From Bacteroidota bacterium (GTDB taxonomy: Bacteria; Bacteroidota; Bacteroidia; Bacteroidales; JBHOTF01): a stretch of 64,000 nt of DNA. Both the position numbers and the translations under genes were made by a program. The stretch is taken from contig JBHOTF010000003.1 in assembly GCA_042584005.1 (NCBI GenBank), positions 10,652 through 74,651 of the forward strand. The letters are read 5' to 3'. Below the pieces are notes generated by a model. That model did no database searches. It was not told the DNA's origin and saw nothing but the letters and a program-made list of their open reading frames with translations. Positions 55,025 through 64,000 of the stretch are shown one piece after another (position 1 is the first letter of the stretch; each line of letters starts with the position of its first letter).

Positions 55025-56770
55025 TCAGATTCGCTTTGCCAGTACACAGCACTTTTTATATTTCGAAACCTTTCCATCCATGGTAAATACTTCAATTAAA
55101 ATAATATATATTCCTATTGAAGAAATATTCCCTTTTGAATTTGTACCATCCCAGAAAAATGAACCGGAAGAGCCAAATAAACCATTGTTTAATACATCTT
55201 TTACCAAACGGCCATTTGAATCATATACACTTACCGAACCTGCTAATCCGTTTTTTTCAAAATCATAACTTATTTTAAGAATATCATTATATCCATCATT
55301 ATCAGGGGAAAATATTTCCGGCACCAGCTCAATTTTTCCTTTTGGTTCATAATTTTGAAATGATTGCGAATTTGTATATCCCGGACTGGCATAAGATGTA
55401 GAGGAAGATGCAGAATGCCAGTTTGATAATATTTTAGATGATTCTTCAGAAGAGATCCTTTCCAATGATACTCCTTCATTATTACTAAGTAGAATATGGT
55501 GCATATCTTCTGAATAATGTACTTCATCTATTATGTCTTCTATTCTGGTTATCAGAAATATACTGCCATTTTTATCAGCTAAGGAGGGTAGTTTTTTGAT
55601 ACTTACTATTCTATCGGGATATGGACAATTGTATCTGTCGATAATGTCTGCAATATTTTCAGTAATCAATATATATTCTTTGCTGAAAAGTAAAAATGAG
55701 CCTGGGAATATTTGCCCGGTGGATTCGTTCTCCATTCCACCGGGTTTATTATTTGTTAAATATAGATTACTTAAATCAATGCATTTTTCCGACCGGTTAA
55801 ATAATTCTACAAATTCAGCACCTCCCGGAACCGGGTCAAACAGGATTTCGTTAATTATTATATCCCCATATTCAGGATATTCCGGAAGGGTAAAATCTGC
55901 ACATATATCAGATTCCAGCATATTGCCTGAACAATCAGGAGGTTGAGATGAAATGATAAGAGTATATATTTCTCTTTCAACCATTTCAAAGGGGAGAATT
56001 AATTTAACCCTGGAATAGTCAGGTGCCAGGGCTGTGATATTAACCGGCCATGCCGGATAATTTCTGAAAGAGTATATCTCCGGATTTGTTATACTTTTTA
56101 TATCCATGGACTCATCAAATATTAATGTGATTTCTGAAATCCCATCTACAGCAATTCTATTTAATGAAGGATTTTTCAGGTCAGGATTACTGTTATAAAC
56201 AGAGTTTTTGTATCCCGGACTTCCTCCGGTTGGATTTATCGAAGCGGTCCAGTTTGAAAAACATCCGCATGGATTATCCGGGTCAATTTGTTCGAGCGAC
56301 CATCCTCCTTCGGCTTTGAAACTATTTTTATACCACGATTTTTCATAAACTACAAAACAGATAATATTATCTGAACTATCGATAATATTGATGCTTTGTC
56401 CCGAATTAGTGAGAGCAGGGAAGCCTGGAATTTCCAGGCACTTATGTGGAATTTCGAAATAAGAGGATTTCCCTGTAGGACAGAGAACCAGATAATCTCC
56501 TGTTTTTATTATTGCATAAGGAATCTCTTTTCTTTTTGAACCAACAATAAGACTCAAACCTTTCAAAATAATATCGTTATCATTTCTGTTATAAAGCTCA
56601 ATATATTCACATTCGGGAAGGTTGAGCTTTGGTGTTGGATCGGCCATTATTTCATTAATAATTATATCAAAAATTTCAATCTTTGTATTATCCACTGAAC
56701 AGGCATATACAGATTGGCTTATTCCTGTAAGTAAAAGCAAAATAATTCTACAGATAAATAAAAGTTTCAT
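55025..56770 (-). CDS. Secreted protein with two lamin-tail (LTD) domains and a T9SS type B (gliding-motility CHU_C-like) C-terminal domain
   Basis: Signal MKLLFICRIILLLLTGISQSVYAC. LTD motifs IIINEIMADPTP..EYIELYN and IIINEILFDPVPGGAEFVELFN. C-terminal FSPDNDGYNDILKISY..VSVYDSNGRLV..FWDGTN..GIYIILIEV. Confidence 0.8.
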   Translation of the reverse strand: MKLLFICRIILLLLTGISQSVYACSVDNTKIEIFDIIINEIMADPTPKLNLPECEYIELYNRNDNDIILKGLSLIVGSKRKEIPYAIIKTGDYLVLCPTGKSSYFEIPHKCLEIPGFPALTNSGQSINIIDSSDNIICFVVYEKSWYKNSFKAEGGWSLEQIDPDNPCGCFSNWTASINPTGGSPGYKNSVYNSNPDLKNPSLNRIAVDGISEITLIFDESMDIKSITNPEIYSFRNYPAWPVNITALAPDYSRVKLILPFEMVEREIYTLIISSQPPDCSGNMLESDICADFTLPEYPEYGDIIINEILFDPVPGGAEFVELFNRSEKCIDLSNLYLTNNKPGGMENESTGQIFPGSFLLFSKEYILITENIADIIDRYNCPYPDRIVSIKKLPSLADKNGSIFLITRIEDIIDEVHYSEDMHHILLSNNEGVSLERISSEESSKILSNWHSASSSTSYASPGYTNSQSFQNYEPKGKIELVPEIFSPDNDGYNDILKISYDFEKNGLAGSVSVYDSNGRLVKDVLNNGLFGSSGSFFWDGTNSKGNISSIGIYIILIEVFTMDGKVSKYKKCCVLAKRI

Positions 56771-56922
56771 TTTATATTCTTTTGTAAAGCTTTTAGGTCA
56801 TTTATAATAATTAAGCTTAAATTTGCATTCTTAAAATTAAAAGAGAATATCCCCGTTATTATACATTATGATTTTGGGAAAGGTTTTTGGAATTATTATC
56901 AGAACAAAACAATAACGATAAA

Positions 56923-57915
56923 GTGAAAATAGCGATTATAGGAGCTACAGGCTTAGTAGGAAAGGTAATGATTAACGTTCTTTCTGAAAGAAATTTTGAA
57001 ATTTCAGAATTAATTCCGGTTGGTTCGGAAAGATCAGTTGGCAAAAGTATTTCTTTTAGAGGAAAGGAAATAACAGTAAAATCTGTTGAAATGGCACTGA
57101 AGGAAAAACCTGCAATTGCTCTTTTTTCTGCAGGGTCAGGAACTTCGCTTAAATGGGCTCCTGAGTTTGCCAGAATTGGCACTACTGTAATTGATAATTC
57201 TTCTGCATGGCGTATGGAAAAAAATATTCCACTGGTTGTACCTGAAATTAATGCTGATATTCTGACAAATAAAGATAAAATTATTGCCAATCCAAATTGT
57301 TCCACTATCCAAATGGTACTTCCACTGTACCCACTACATAATAAGTTTGGAATTAAGAGATTAGTTATTTCAACATATCAATCAGTTTCCGGAACTGGTA
57401 TTAAAGCAATCAGACAGCTTGAAAATGAGAGGAAAGGTATTGAAGTTGATAAATTTTATCCTTTTCCTATATATAAGAATATATTACCTCATTGCGATGA
57501 TTTCACCGATAATGATTACACAAAAGAGGAAATGAAGCTTATTAATGAAACAAAAAAAATATTAAACGACGATTCTCTGAAAATAACTGCTACCGCTGTC
57601 AGAGTACCTGTTACTGCCGGCCATTCAGAATCTGTAAATATAGAGTTTTTTAAAAAGTTTGAAATAGAAGAAGTCCGTGAAATTCTTCAGAAAACCAACG
57701 GGATAATTGTCCAGGACGACCCTCATGATAATATATATCCTATGGTATTATTTGCTGAAGGAAAAGATGAGGTTTTTGTAGGAAGAATAAGAAGAGATTT
57801 TTCAAATTCAAACAGTCTTAATATGTGGGTGGTTGCTGATAATCTACGAAAAGGCGCTGCTACAAATGCTGTGCAAATAGCTGAATACCTGGTCAAAAAT
57901 AATCTATTAGATTAG
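56923..57915 (+). CDS. asd: Aspartate-semialdehyde dehydrogenase
   Basis: VKIAIIGATGLVG (GTG 56923; the ORF opens at TTG 56887). Active-site NPNCSTIQMV. SGTG and AVRVPVTAGHS are also present. A possible -7 box TAAATTTG lies at 56818-56825. Confidence 0.92.
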   Translation: MKIAIIGATGLVGKVMINVLSERNFEISELIPVGSERSVGKSISFRGKEITVKSVEMALKEKPAIALFSAGSGTSLKWAPEFARIGTTVIDNSSAWRMEKNIPLVVPEINADILTNKDKIIANPNCSTIQMVLPLYPLHNKFGIKRLVISTYQSVSGTGIKAIRQLENERKGIEVDKFYPFPIYKNILPHCDDFTDNDYTKEEMKLINETKKILNDDSLKITATAVRVPVTAGHSESVNIEFFKKFEIEEVREILQKTNGIIVQDDPHDNIYPMVLFAEGKDEVFVGRIRRDFSNSNSLNMWVVADNLRKGAATNAVQIAEYLVKNNLLD

Positions 57916-57916
57916 C

Positions 57917-59074
57917 TTAATTTATCAGATTAAACAATTCTTTATTATATATATATGACCCCCGGGTTGAGTTTGAAAGAATAATAAGTGTTTTATGTTT
58001 ATCTATCATTCTTACAAAATATGTTCGGAAACCCTTCCACCAGCCCGAGTGGAATATAATTCTGTTGTTTTTATCACTGGCATTTATTCGCCAGCCATAA
58101 CCATAATTATCCCATATTCTAAGGTCTCTGTGTGCAGGTTTATAAGACTCCTCGGTATTTTCACTATTAATAAGTTTATTTGTGTACAAAGCCTGGTCGA
58201 ATTTTAATAGATCATAAACAGAGGCATAAATTCCTTTATCACCAACAACCCCATTCAAATATGTATTGTCAGAAACCCAGCGGCCGTCATATCCAATTAC
58301 CTTATGGTTATTTACCGGGGAGGAGCATTTATTATAAATGCTGGAGTTATCCATTCCTAATGGTATAAAAATCTGAGATCTGATAAAAATATGATAAGGA
58401 AAACCTGTAATTTTTTCTATAATTGAGGCAAGAATACAATAATTTGTATTTCTATAATTATATCTTACATCAGGTAAATAATATCTTTCCGGGTAATGTT
58501 GGGTCATAAGGCGAATTACATCATCATTACTGATGGCGCCATATTTATCTTCCCAAACTTTGTCGGCAAAAAACATATAACTGGGTAAACCTGAACGATG
58601 TGTCAGCAGGTTTCGTATGGTAATATTATGATAAGGAAATTCAGGGAAAAACTTCTGTATTGTATCTTCATAACTCAGTTTTCCCCTTTCAATAAGCATA
58701 ATAATTGCAGTAGCAGTTATTGGTTTGGTGATTGATGCAAGCTGAAACGAGGACGTTATATCAAGTGGTTCTTTTTTTCTGAAATTAGAATATCCGAATG
58801 CCTTTTCATAAAGAATTTCACCCTTTTCTGCATAAAGAACTGTTCCATTAAATCCTCTTCTTTTTTGCCGTGTTTCAAAGAAGCTGTTTATTGAAGATAT
58901 TTTTTCCTCCTTGTTTTTATCAATATTTAAGCTGTCGGCAAAATAGTAGTCTTCAAAATTGTAAGCATCACCACCTAAAATATTTGATTCACTGTTATTT
59001 TGAGTATTTGATTTATTACAAGATGTAATCAACAAAATAATCAGGTAGTATATTATATATCGTATGTTATTCAA
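57917..59074 (-). CDS. Beta-lactamase-family serine hydrolase (class C/PBP-like), lipoprotein
   Basis: Lipobox LIILLITSCNKS. S-x-x-K motif FQLASITKPITA. HSGW near the C-terminus. Confidence 0.82.
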   Translation of the reverse strand: MNNIRYIIYYLIILLITSCNKSNTQNNSESNILGGDAYNFEDYYFADSLNIDKNKEEKISSINSFFETRQKRRGFNGTVLYAEKGEILYEKAFGYSNFRKKEPLDITSSFQLASITKPITATAIIMLIERGKLSYEDTIQKFFPEFPYHNITIRNLLTHRSGLPSYMFFADKVWEDKYGAISNDDVIRLMTQHYPERYYLPDVRYNYRNTNYCILASIIEKITGFPYHIFIRSQIFIPLGMDNSSIYNKCSSPVNNHKVIGYDGRWVSDNTYLNGVVGDKGIYASVYDLLKFDQALYTNKLINSENTEESYKPAHRDLRIWDNYGYGWRINASDKNNRIIFHSGWWKGFRTYFVRMIDKHKTLIILSNSTRGSYIYNKELFNLIN

Positions 59075-60275
59075 AATCTTCGTATAAAAAGTCGTTATAT
59101 GGAAATCTGGCTGCGTGAATTACTTTCACATGTTTATAAATCATTATTTTAAAACTTTCCAGGTTTGTTTTATCCCTTGCAGAAATAAATATACAGGAAG
59201 AGTTCAATTTATTCATCCAGGTATTCATCAGGTCTTCAAGGCTGAAATTTTTCTTTGTTACCGGAGTGAGGTCATCTTCATCCTTTTTATCATAAGTGAA
59301 AGAATCAATTTTATTAAAGATTAAATAAACTGGTTTGTCTTCCGCTCTGATATCTTTAAGAGTTTGGTTAACAATATCTATTTGTTCTTCAAAGTTTGGA
59401 TGTGAAATATCAACAATATGAAGAAGAATATCGGCTTCTCTAACCTCATCGAGTGTCGATTTGAAAGATTCTACAAGATTATGAGGCAGCTTTTTAATGA
59501 AACCGACAGTATCTGATAATAGAAATGGAAGATTCCCAATAACAACCTTCCTTACAGTTGTGTCGAGTGTGGCAAATAGTTTGTTTTCTGAAAAAACTTT
59601 AGATTTGCTAAGCAGATTCATTATTGTTGATTTACCAACATTTGTATATCCGATAAGAGCAACTCTTACCAATTTCCCGCGATTTTTTCTCTGAGTGCTT
59701 TTTTGTTTATCAATTTTTACAAGTCTTTTTTTCAGTAAAGATATTTTGTCGCGGATAATTCGCCTGTCAGTTTCTATCTCTGTTTCTCCCGGGCCACGTA
59801 GTCCTATACCTCCTTTTTGACGCGATAAGTGAGTCCACATTTTTGTAAGTCGCGGTAAAATATATTGGTACTGGGCAAGTTCAACCTGTGTTTTTGAATG
59901 AGCAGTTTGTGCACGTTTTGCAAAAATATCGAGTATAAGGTTTGTCCTGTCAAGAATTTTTTTTGATGTTGCTTTTTCAATATTTCTTATTTGAGTAGGT
60001 GACAATTCATCATCGAAAATGATAATATCAATATCTTCCTGTTTTACGAAATCGGTAATCTCATTTAATTTTCCGCTGCCTACAAAAGTAATGGGATTAG
60101 GAAATTCAAGTTTTTGAGTAAATGTTTTTACAGGCTTAGCTCCGGCAGTTTCTGCCAGAAAGGCCAGCTCATCCAGGTTTTCAGCCAGCTCTTTTTCATT
60201 TTGTTGTTGATTGGCTATTCCAACAAGTACAACTCTTTCCTGCTCCGGTTTAGTAATATAATAATTGCCCATCAA
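59067..60275 (-). CDS. hflX: GTPase HflX
   Basis: HflX N-terminal domain (RNIEKATSKKILDRTNLILDIFAKRAQT). G motifs GYTNVGKST, DTVGFI, NKID. Confidence 0.93.
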   Translation of the reverse strand: MMGNYYITKPEQERVVLVGIANQQQNEKELAENLDELAFLAETAGAKPVKTFTQKLEFPNPITFVGSGKLNEITDFVKQEDIDIIIFDDELSPTQIRNIEKATSKKILDRTNLILDIFAKRAQTAHSKTQVELAQYQYILPRLTKMWTHLSRQKGGIGLRGPGETEIETDRRIIRDKISLLKKRLVKIDKQKSTQRKNRGKLVRVALIGYTNVGKSTIMNLLSKSKVFSENKLFATLDTTVRKVVIGNLPFLLSDTVGFIKKLPHNLVESFKSTLDEVREADILLHIVDISHPNFEEQIDIVNQTLKDIRAEDKPVYLIFNKIDSFTYDKKDEDDLTPVTKKNFSLEDLMNTWMNKLNSSCIFISARDKTNLESFKIMIYKHVKVIHAARFPYNDFLYEDFE

Positions 60276-60349
60276 GCTAAATCAAAAATCTGTTTGTTAT
60301 ATTTAATCCTCAGAATATTAACTGAATATTTTGGGATTATTATTTTCAT

Positions 60350-60381
60350 AAAAAAAGCCCGGGAAGAAATATACCTGGGCT
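60350..60381 (-). terminator. Probable rho-independent terminator after the TonB-like gene
   Basis: The minus-strand RNA reads gcccagg-uauauuucuu-cccgggc (one A-C mismatch) followed by U7. It lies 23 nt downstream of the stop. Confidence 0.5.
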
Positions 60382-60403
60382 TATATAATATATTAATATT
60401 CTT

Positions 60404-61099
60404 TTAATTAAGTTGAAACCTAATTGGTAAATTACACAGAACAGGAACAGCTTTTCCTCTTTGTCTGCCTGGAGTCCATTTAGGCGCCATTTTTAATACC
60501 CGTATAGCTTCTGCATTAATTGCAGGATCTACACCTCTTTGAATTACTATTCTGTCGATAACCCCTAGTTTGTTAATAACAAATTGAGTATAAACAACAC
60601 CTTCAACACCGTTTTCCATTGCAATTTGAGGATAATCGAGGGTTTTCATTACCCAGTTCCGGAATAATTCAAGACTATTAGCAAAATCCGTCCCTCCCAT
60701 AAATTCGGGCATATCTTCTACCTGCATAAAAGGAGTTTCTTCTTCTTCCTCATCTTCTTCATAATCGCTGATCACAATTTCTTCATCCTGGTCAGCATCA
60801 AAGTCTTCAATCTCAAATTCGTTTTCAATTTCAATATCATCCTGAACGATGTTAAGTACTTCTGCAACTTTTTTTGGAGGTTGCACTTCAGGTGGTTTAA
60901 TTTCTTCTTTTCTTGTAATAGGAATCATTTCTTCCTCTCCCTGAAGATCCTGTAATTCACCAAGGCTATTTGTATTTATCTCAGTAACAGAATATTCAAA
61001 GGCAAAAAACACGATTGCCAGAGTAATAACAAACCCAATTTGTAAGAAAAACCCCTTTTTCCTTTCTAAATTTGCTTTTTTCGATTTTTTTATTTTCAT
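60404..61099 (-). CDS. TonB-family energy transducer
   Basis: N-terminal anchor FFLQIGFVITLAIVFFAF, a Pro/Glu-rich spacer and an acidic run, then a TonB C-terminal domain (GVEGVVYTQFVINKLGVIDRIVIQRG..AIRVLKMAPKWTPGRQRGKAV). Confidence 0.85.
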   Translation of the reverse strand: MKIKKSKKANLERKKGFFLQIGFVITLAIVFFAFEYSVTEINTNSLGELQDLQGEEEMIPITRKEEIKPPEVQPPKKVAEVLNIVQDDIEIENEFEIEDFDADQDEEIVISDYEEDEEEEETPFMQVEDMPEFMGGTDFANSLELFRNWVMKTLDYPQIAMENGVEGVVYTQFVINKLGVIDRIVIQRGVDPAINAEAIRVLKMAPKWTPGRQRGKAVPVLCNLPIRFQLN

Positions 61100-61303
61100 T
61101 TTCTCAAAATTTAGGGTGTAAATGTAAAAAATCTGTAAGTATTATCAAAAGTATTTATAATCAATTATTCACTAAGGAATAATTTATGTGAAAAAAACCA
61201 GTGCTAAATTAATAAAAAAAACCGCAAAAATAATGCCACTATAATCGAATATTCCTTAATACTAATAAATTACACATTGTTTTAGTGAATTAACAAATTT
61301 TGA

Positions 61304-61311
61304 TATATTTG
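61304..61311 (+). promoter_or_regulatory. Bacteroidota-type -7 promoter box (TATATTTG) for tRNA-Ala
   Basis: gaTATATTTGcag, 15 nt upstream of the tRNA 5' end. No well-spaced -33 TTG was seen. Confidence 0.5.
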
Positions 61312-61325
61312 CAGCTGTAAATTTT

Positions 61326-61399
61326 GGGGCATTAGCTCAGTTGGCTAGAGCGTTTGACTGGCAGTCAAGAGGTCATCGGTTCGATTCCGATATGCTCCA
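61326..61399 (+). tRNA. tRNA-Ala (anticodon GGC)
   Basis: ggggcattagctcagttggctagagcgtttgactggcagtcaagaggtcatcggttcgattccgatatgctccaca. The G3-U70 identity pair is present. Anticodon loop ctGGCag, T-arm atcgg-ttcgatt-ccgat. Confidence 0.92.
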
Positions 61400-61498
61400 C
61401 AATAGTAATCAAATAATTGCAACATTATACAATTTCAACATTTTCATTTTATACATATAATTGTACATACAATTTATATTGAAAGCTTAATTTAGTGG

Positions 61499-61682
61499 AA
61501 ATTCCGGACACACAGAGCATCTGTCGCCGGAGCAAACTGAGCATATGATTCCGGAAATGATTGAGCATCTGAAACCGGAAGCTAAACATCACAAAATCAA
61601 TACAAAACAATTACATAATTTATTTGCAAACTGACTGCTCACTTTAAACCGGTAGAGGGTGCTCACATGGTCTGGAATTTGC
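61499..61682. repeat. Imperfect inverted-repeat element (~180 bp) with an internal 24-bp periodic CCGGA..GAGCA motif
   Basis: Left arm aaattccggacacacagagcatctgtcgccggagcaaactgagcat. Reverse complement of the right arm aaattccagaccatgtgagcaccctctaccggtttaaagtgagcag. GAGCAT occurs at 61515, 61539 and 61563; TGCTCAC occurs at 61636 and 61660, all spaced 24 bp apart. Confidence 0.7.
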
Positions 61683-61935
61683 AGTTTGACGACATACACT
61701 CCCGAATATTAATAATTGGCAGTGATAATTAAAGTAAAAGATTTACATTCTGGCCTTCATAAATTGATTCTCATTGGCGGTAAAATTAATTCATTTTTTT
61801 ATTCGGTATTTACATTAACATTGTATTAACCATACATTAACCATAGGCCTTTGATTAATAGTTTATTTTTAAACCATCAAAAAGAATATTAATTAAATAC
61901 CTAAAGATTTTAAAAAGATAAATAGGAGTCATATT

Positions 61936-64000
61936 ATGTCTACTCTACAAAAACTATTATTAATTGTGTTATTTCTATCCTATTGTTCTGAGTTGATGTC
62001 TCAGGATGTAAATAGTATTCAATTAGGAAAACAAGCGAGTGAACTCCAGGATATTGATTGGATCACAAAAAAACCTGTTGAAGTTTCAAATAAAAAGAAC
62101 CAGGTTGTTGTAATTGATTTTTTTCGGACGTGGTATCCTCCCTGCAGGTTTACTATTATTGATGAAATCAAGGCGCAAAAAGCTTTAGGTAACAAGGTAA
62201 GATTCATTGGTATTACTGATGAACCTGAATGGCAAATTAAATTACTGAAAAAATCACTGCCATCTGATTTCGAATGGTATGTTGGCAATTCATACAATGA
62301 TAAAGCATTAGCTGATATATTTGCCAATGAAAAATTACCCAGAATACCATATACAATAATAATTGATAGAGATGGAACTATAGTATGGGCTGATTCGCCT
62401 CCTCAAAATATTGAAGAGATATTAGGGAAAATTTTAAATAAAAGCTGGGATTTAAACAGAGCTATAAAACTTGCCAATGATGAGGTAATGTTCTGGCAAA
62501 TCAGAAATCAGATAAGTTCAACAGATTCTTCCAACCATACTAAGCTTATTGAGCTGGGTAACAAGGCAATAAGTCTTGAATTGCCTAAAAAAATGGAAGT
62601 CTTTAGAGCATATTCGCTTTCAGGCATTTCTGAAAAACTATTGGCAAATACAACAACAAGTAATAAATATCTTCCCAGCATACTGAAGTTTTCCAAATTT
62701 GCCGTTGAGAATGGAAAATCCGGATATTATAAAGTATATGAAAATTACGCAACAGCCTTATATATGAATGATAATATTAAAGAAGCAGCTATAAATCAAA
62801 AAAAAGCGGTTGAGGTTGTCAGAACAAAATCCACAAAAGATATATTGCAAAAAAAGTTGAGTAATTATTTAAATGATTACAAAGGTCTTACAGGTGAATT
62901 ACCTCCTGAATTTGCAGAGTCAGCTGTAAAAACCTCTAAAAATGAGAATAGTAAAGGCTTAGGGAATTTGACAATACTTACATCAAAACAAGCCCTTGAA
63001 GACCTGAATTACATTTATAAATTAATAAAAACCAGATATGCAGGATATGATGATTTTGAATGGGAACTGCTTTTAAAAGGATCATGCTGGAAAGACAGGT
63101 ACAATAATTATTCCAAAATACTGTCGAAGAAATGGAGCTGGACAAGAGAAGAACTTTTTGAACAATTAAGTTTATTCCTGGAGCCTGTAATTGATGAACA
63201 TTTTAGTATAAAATTACCTGACTTATCAGGAGAAAAATATATAAAAAGAAAAGGATTTTCAGAAAGGCACACTCCTTATTTTACTGATTTACGAGTAATA
63301 AATGAAGCAGGGAAATATTTTGTCAGTAAGTCAGATAATAATCATTCCGGATTGATAGGAGCAGAAGTAATTAATGTTCCGGTTGTAACTGCCATTAATG
63401 CCGAATTAAACAAAGCTTTTCTTTTCCCGACTATTTCGTCAGATAAAAATAATTCAGAGTATCTCCTGGGAATGTTCTTCAACAACACTGAGGTTGACAA
63501 AAGTAGATTCAGTTTTAGAAAAAAGGGTAATAAAGAATGTATTGAACATCTTGAACTTCACAGGGGAAGGGTGAAAAATCCGAATGTTAGCAAAGAAAAA
63601 CCATGGGAGCTTATAAATAATATTAACAGGGCTATACCAATTTTAAAAGTCAGTACGGCTGTTGAAGATAGTATTTCTGATAATTTTTACAAAAGTGCCC
63701 GGTTATTAAGAAATTCACAGGTTTCGCTCCTGGACCTCAGGGGGAATCTGGGAGGAAGCGATATTGTGGCGCGTAATTGGTGTAAGAATTTTTATAATAG
63801 AGATTATCATTATGCCAAGGGAAATGCAATGTTTCAGGGCGGCGAAGGAAATGTTGCATCAAAATGGGGGCCAATAAGCATAAGTGAGCATTTAAATATG
63901 GATATTAAAAAAGATCAGATGATCAATAAAAAATTATTTGTACTGATTGATGAAAATACAGCCTCCTCAGGTGAAACATTTATTGCCGTAACCAAACAAA
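61936..64000 (+). CDS. Thioredoxin-like (degenerate active site) + helical linker + S41-peptidase fusion protein; 3' end lies beyond the window
   Basis: Not in the ORF track; hand-translated from ATG 61936 and open to 64000. Signal MSTLQKLLLIVLFLSYCSELMSQ. TlpA-like VVVIDFFRTWYPPCRF..IPYTIIIDRDGTIVWA. S41 motifs LLDLRGNLGGS and FVLIDENTASSGETFIA. Confidence 0.8.
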   Translation, partial: MSTLQKLLLIVLFLSYCSELMSQDVNSIQLGKQASELQDIDWITKKPVEVSNKKNQVVVIDFFRTWYPPCRFTIIDEIKAQKALGNKVRFIGITDEPEWQIKLLKKSLPSDFEWYVGNSYNDKALADIFANEKLPRIPYTIIIDRDGTIVWADSPPQNIEEILGKILNKSWDLNRAIKLANDEVMFWQIRNQISSTDSSNHTKLIELGNKAISLELPKKMEVFRAYSLSGISEKLLANTTTSNKYLPSILKFSKFAVENGKSGYYKVYENYATALYMNDNIKEAAINQKKAVEVVRTKSTKDILQKKLSNYLNDYKGLTGELPPEFAESAVKTSKNENSKGLGNLTILTSKQALEDLNYIYKLIKTRYAGYDDFEWELLLKGSCWKDRYNNYSKILSKKWSWTREELFEQLSLFLEPVIDEHFSIKLPDLSGEKYIKRKGFSERHTPYFTDLRVINEAGKYFVSKSDNNHSGLIGAEVINVPVVTAINAELNKAFLFPTISSDKNNSEYLLGMFFNNTEVDKSRFSFRKKGNKECIEHLELHRGRVKNPNVSKEKPWELINNINRAIPILKVSTAVEDSISDNFYKSARLLRNSQVSLLDLRGNLGGSDIVARNWCKNFYNRDYHYAKGNAMFQGGEGNVASKWGPISISEHLNMDIKKDQMINKKLFVLIDENTASSGETFIAVTKQ

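Noticed and set aside
56859-57305. 148-aa minus-strand ORF
   Set aside because: It is antisense to the N-terminal half of asd, whose identity is unambiguous.
61400-61935. Integrated mobile element at the tRNA-Ala 3' side
   Set aside because: The window contains no integrase, transposase or excisionase ORF. I found no convincing direct repeat of the tRNA 3' end downstream. Only the short inverted-repeat element is reported, as a possible relic.
62019-62696. Track ORFs 62019-62327 (-) and 62508-62696 (-)
   Set aside because: They are antisense to a much longer plus-strand frame (61936 to the window end, more than 688 codons) that has a signal peptide and thioredoxin-like and S41 motifs.

Overview
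This 64 kb window is an AT-rich chromosomal segment that looks like Bacteroidota. Four things support that: recurrent TAnnTTTG(CA) -7 promoter boxes, an ECF sigma/FecR/STN-TonB-dependent receptor trio, T9SS type A and type B C-terminal sorting domains, and DUF2723, FISUMP and DUF4249-like lipoproteins. I call about 55 protein genes and 3 tRNAs (Gln-TTG, Glu-TTC, Ala-GGC). I found no rRNA, CRISPR array, transposase, integrase or recognisable defence genes. Two of the genes run off the window edges and are absent from the ORF track; I translated both by hand. The recognisable housekeeping genes are purD, rpsT, radC, folK, sppA, lpxK, a purine nucleoside phosphorylase, asd, hflX and alr.

The candidates for something new, in my order of interest:
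1. Positions 10371-14216: an operon encoding a membrane-anchored tetrahaem NapC/NirT-type cytochrome fused to an FGE-fold domain that lacks the catalytic Cys pair. It is followed by a Tat-exported Gfo/Idh/MocA oxidoreductase and a Tat-exported xylose-isomerase-like TIM barrel. This may be a periplasmic oxidative sugar or glycoside module wired to the quinone pool.
2. Positions 16657-22011: a five-gene array of PKD+FISUMP lipoproteins alternating with DUF4249-like lipoproteins, including a recent duplication.
3. Positions 5770-10227: a GAF/sigma-54-type activator with a GAFPGA loop instead of GAFTGA, co-directional with an atypical 588-aa glycosyltransferase and a GT4.
4. Thioredoxin fold linked to an S41 peptidase twice: once as a divergent gene pair and once as a fusion with a degenerate CxxC.
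5. An unusual density of racemases and epimerases, including a lipoprotein-signal Asp/Glu-type racemase and a GNAT-Alr-Orr-like cluster.
6. Positions 61499-61682: a roughly 180-bp imperfect inverted-repeat element with 24-bp internal periodicity, just downstream of tRNA-Ala.

All protein calls come from motif and family recognition by eye. No alignments, HMM searches or statistics were run.
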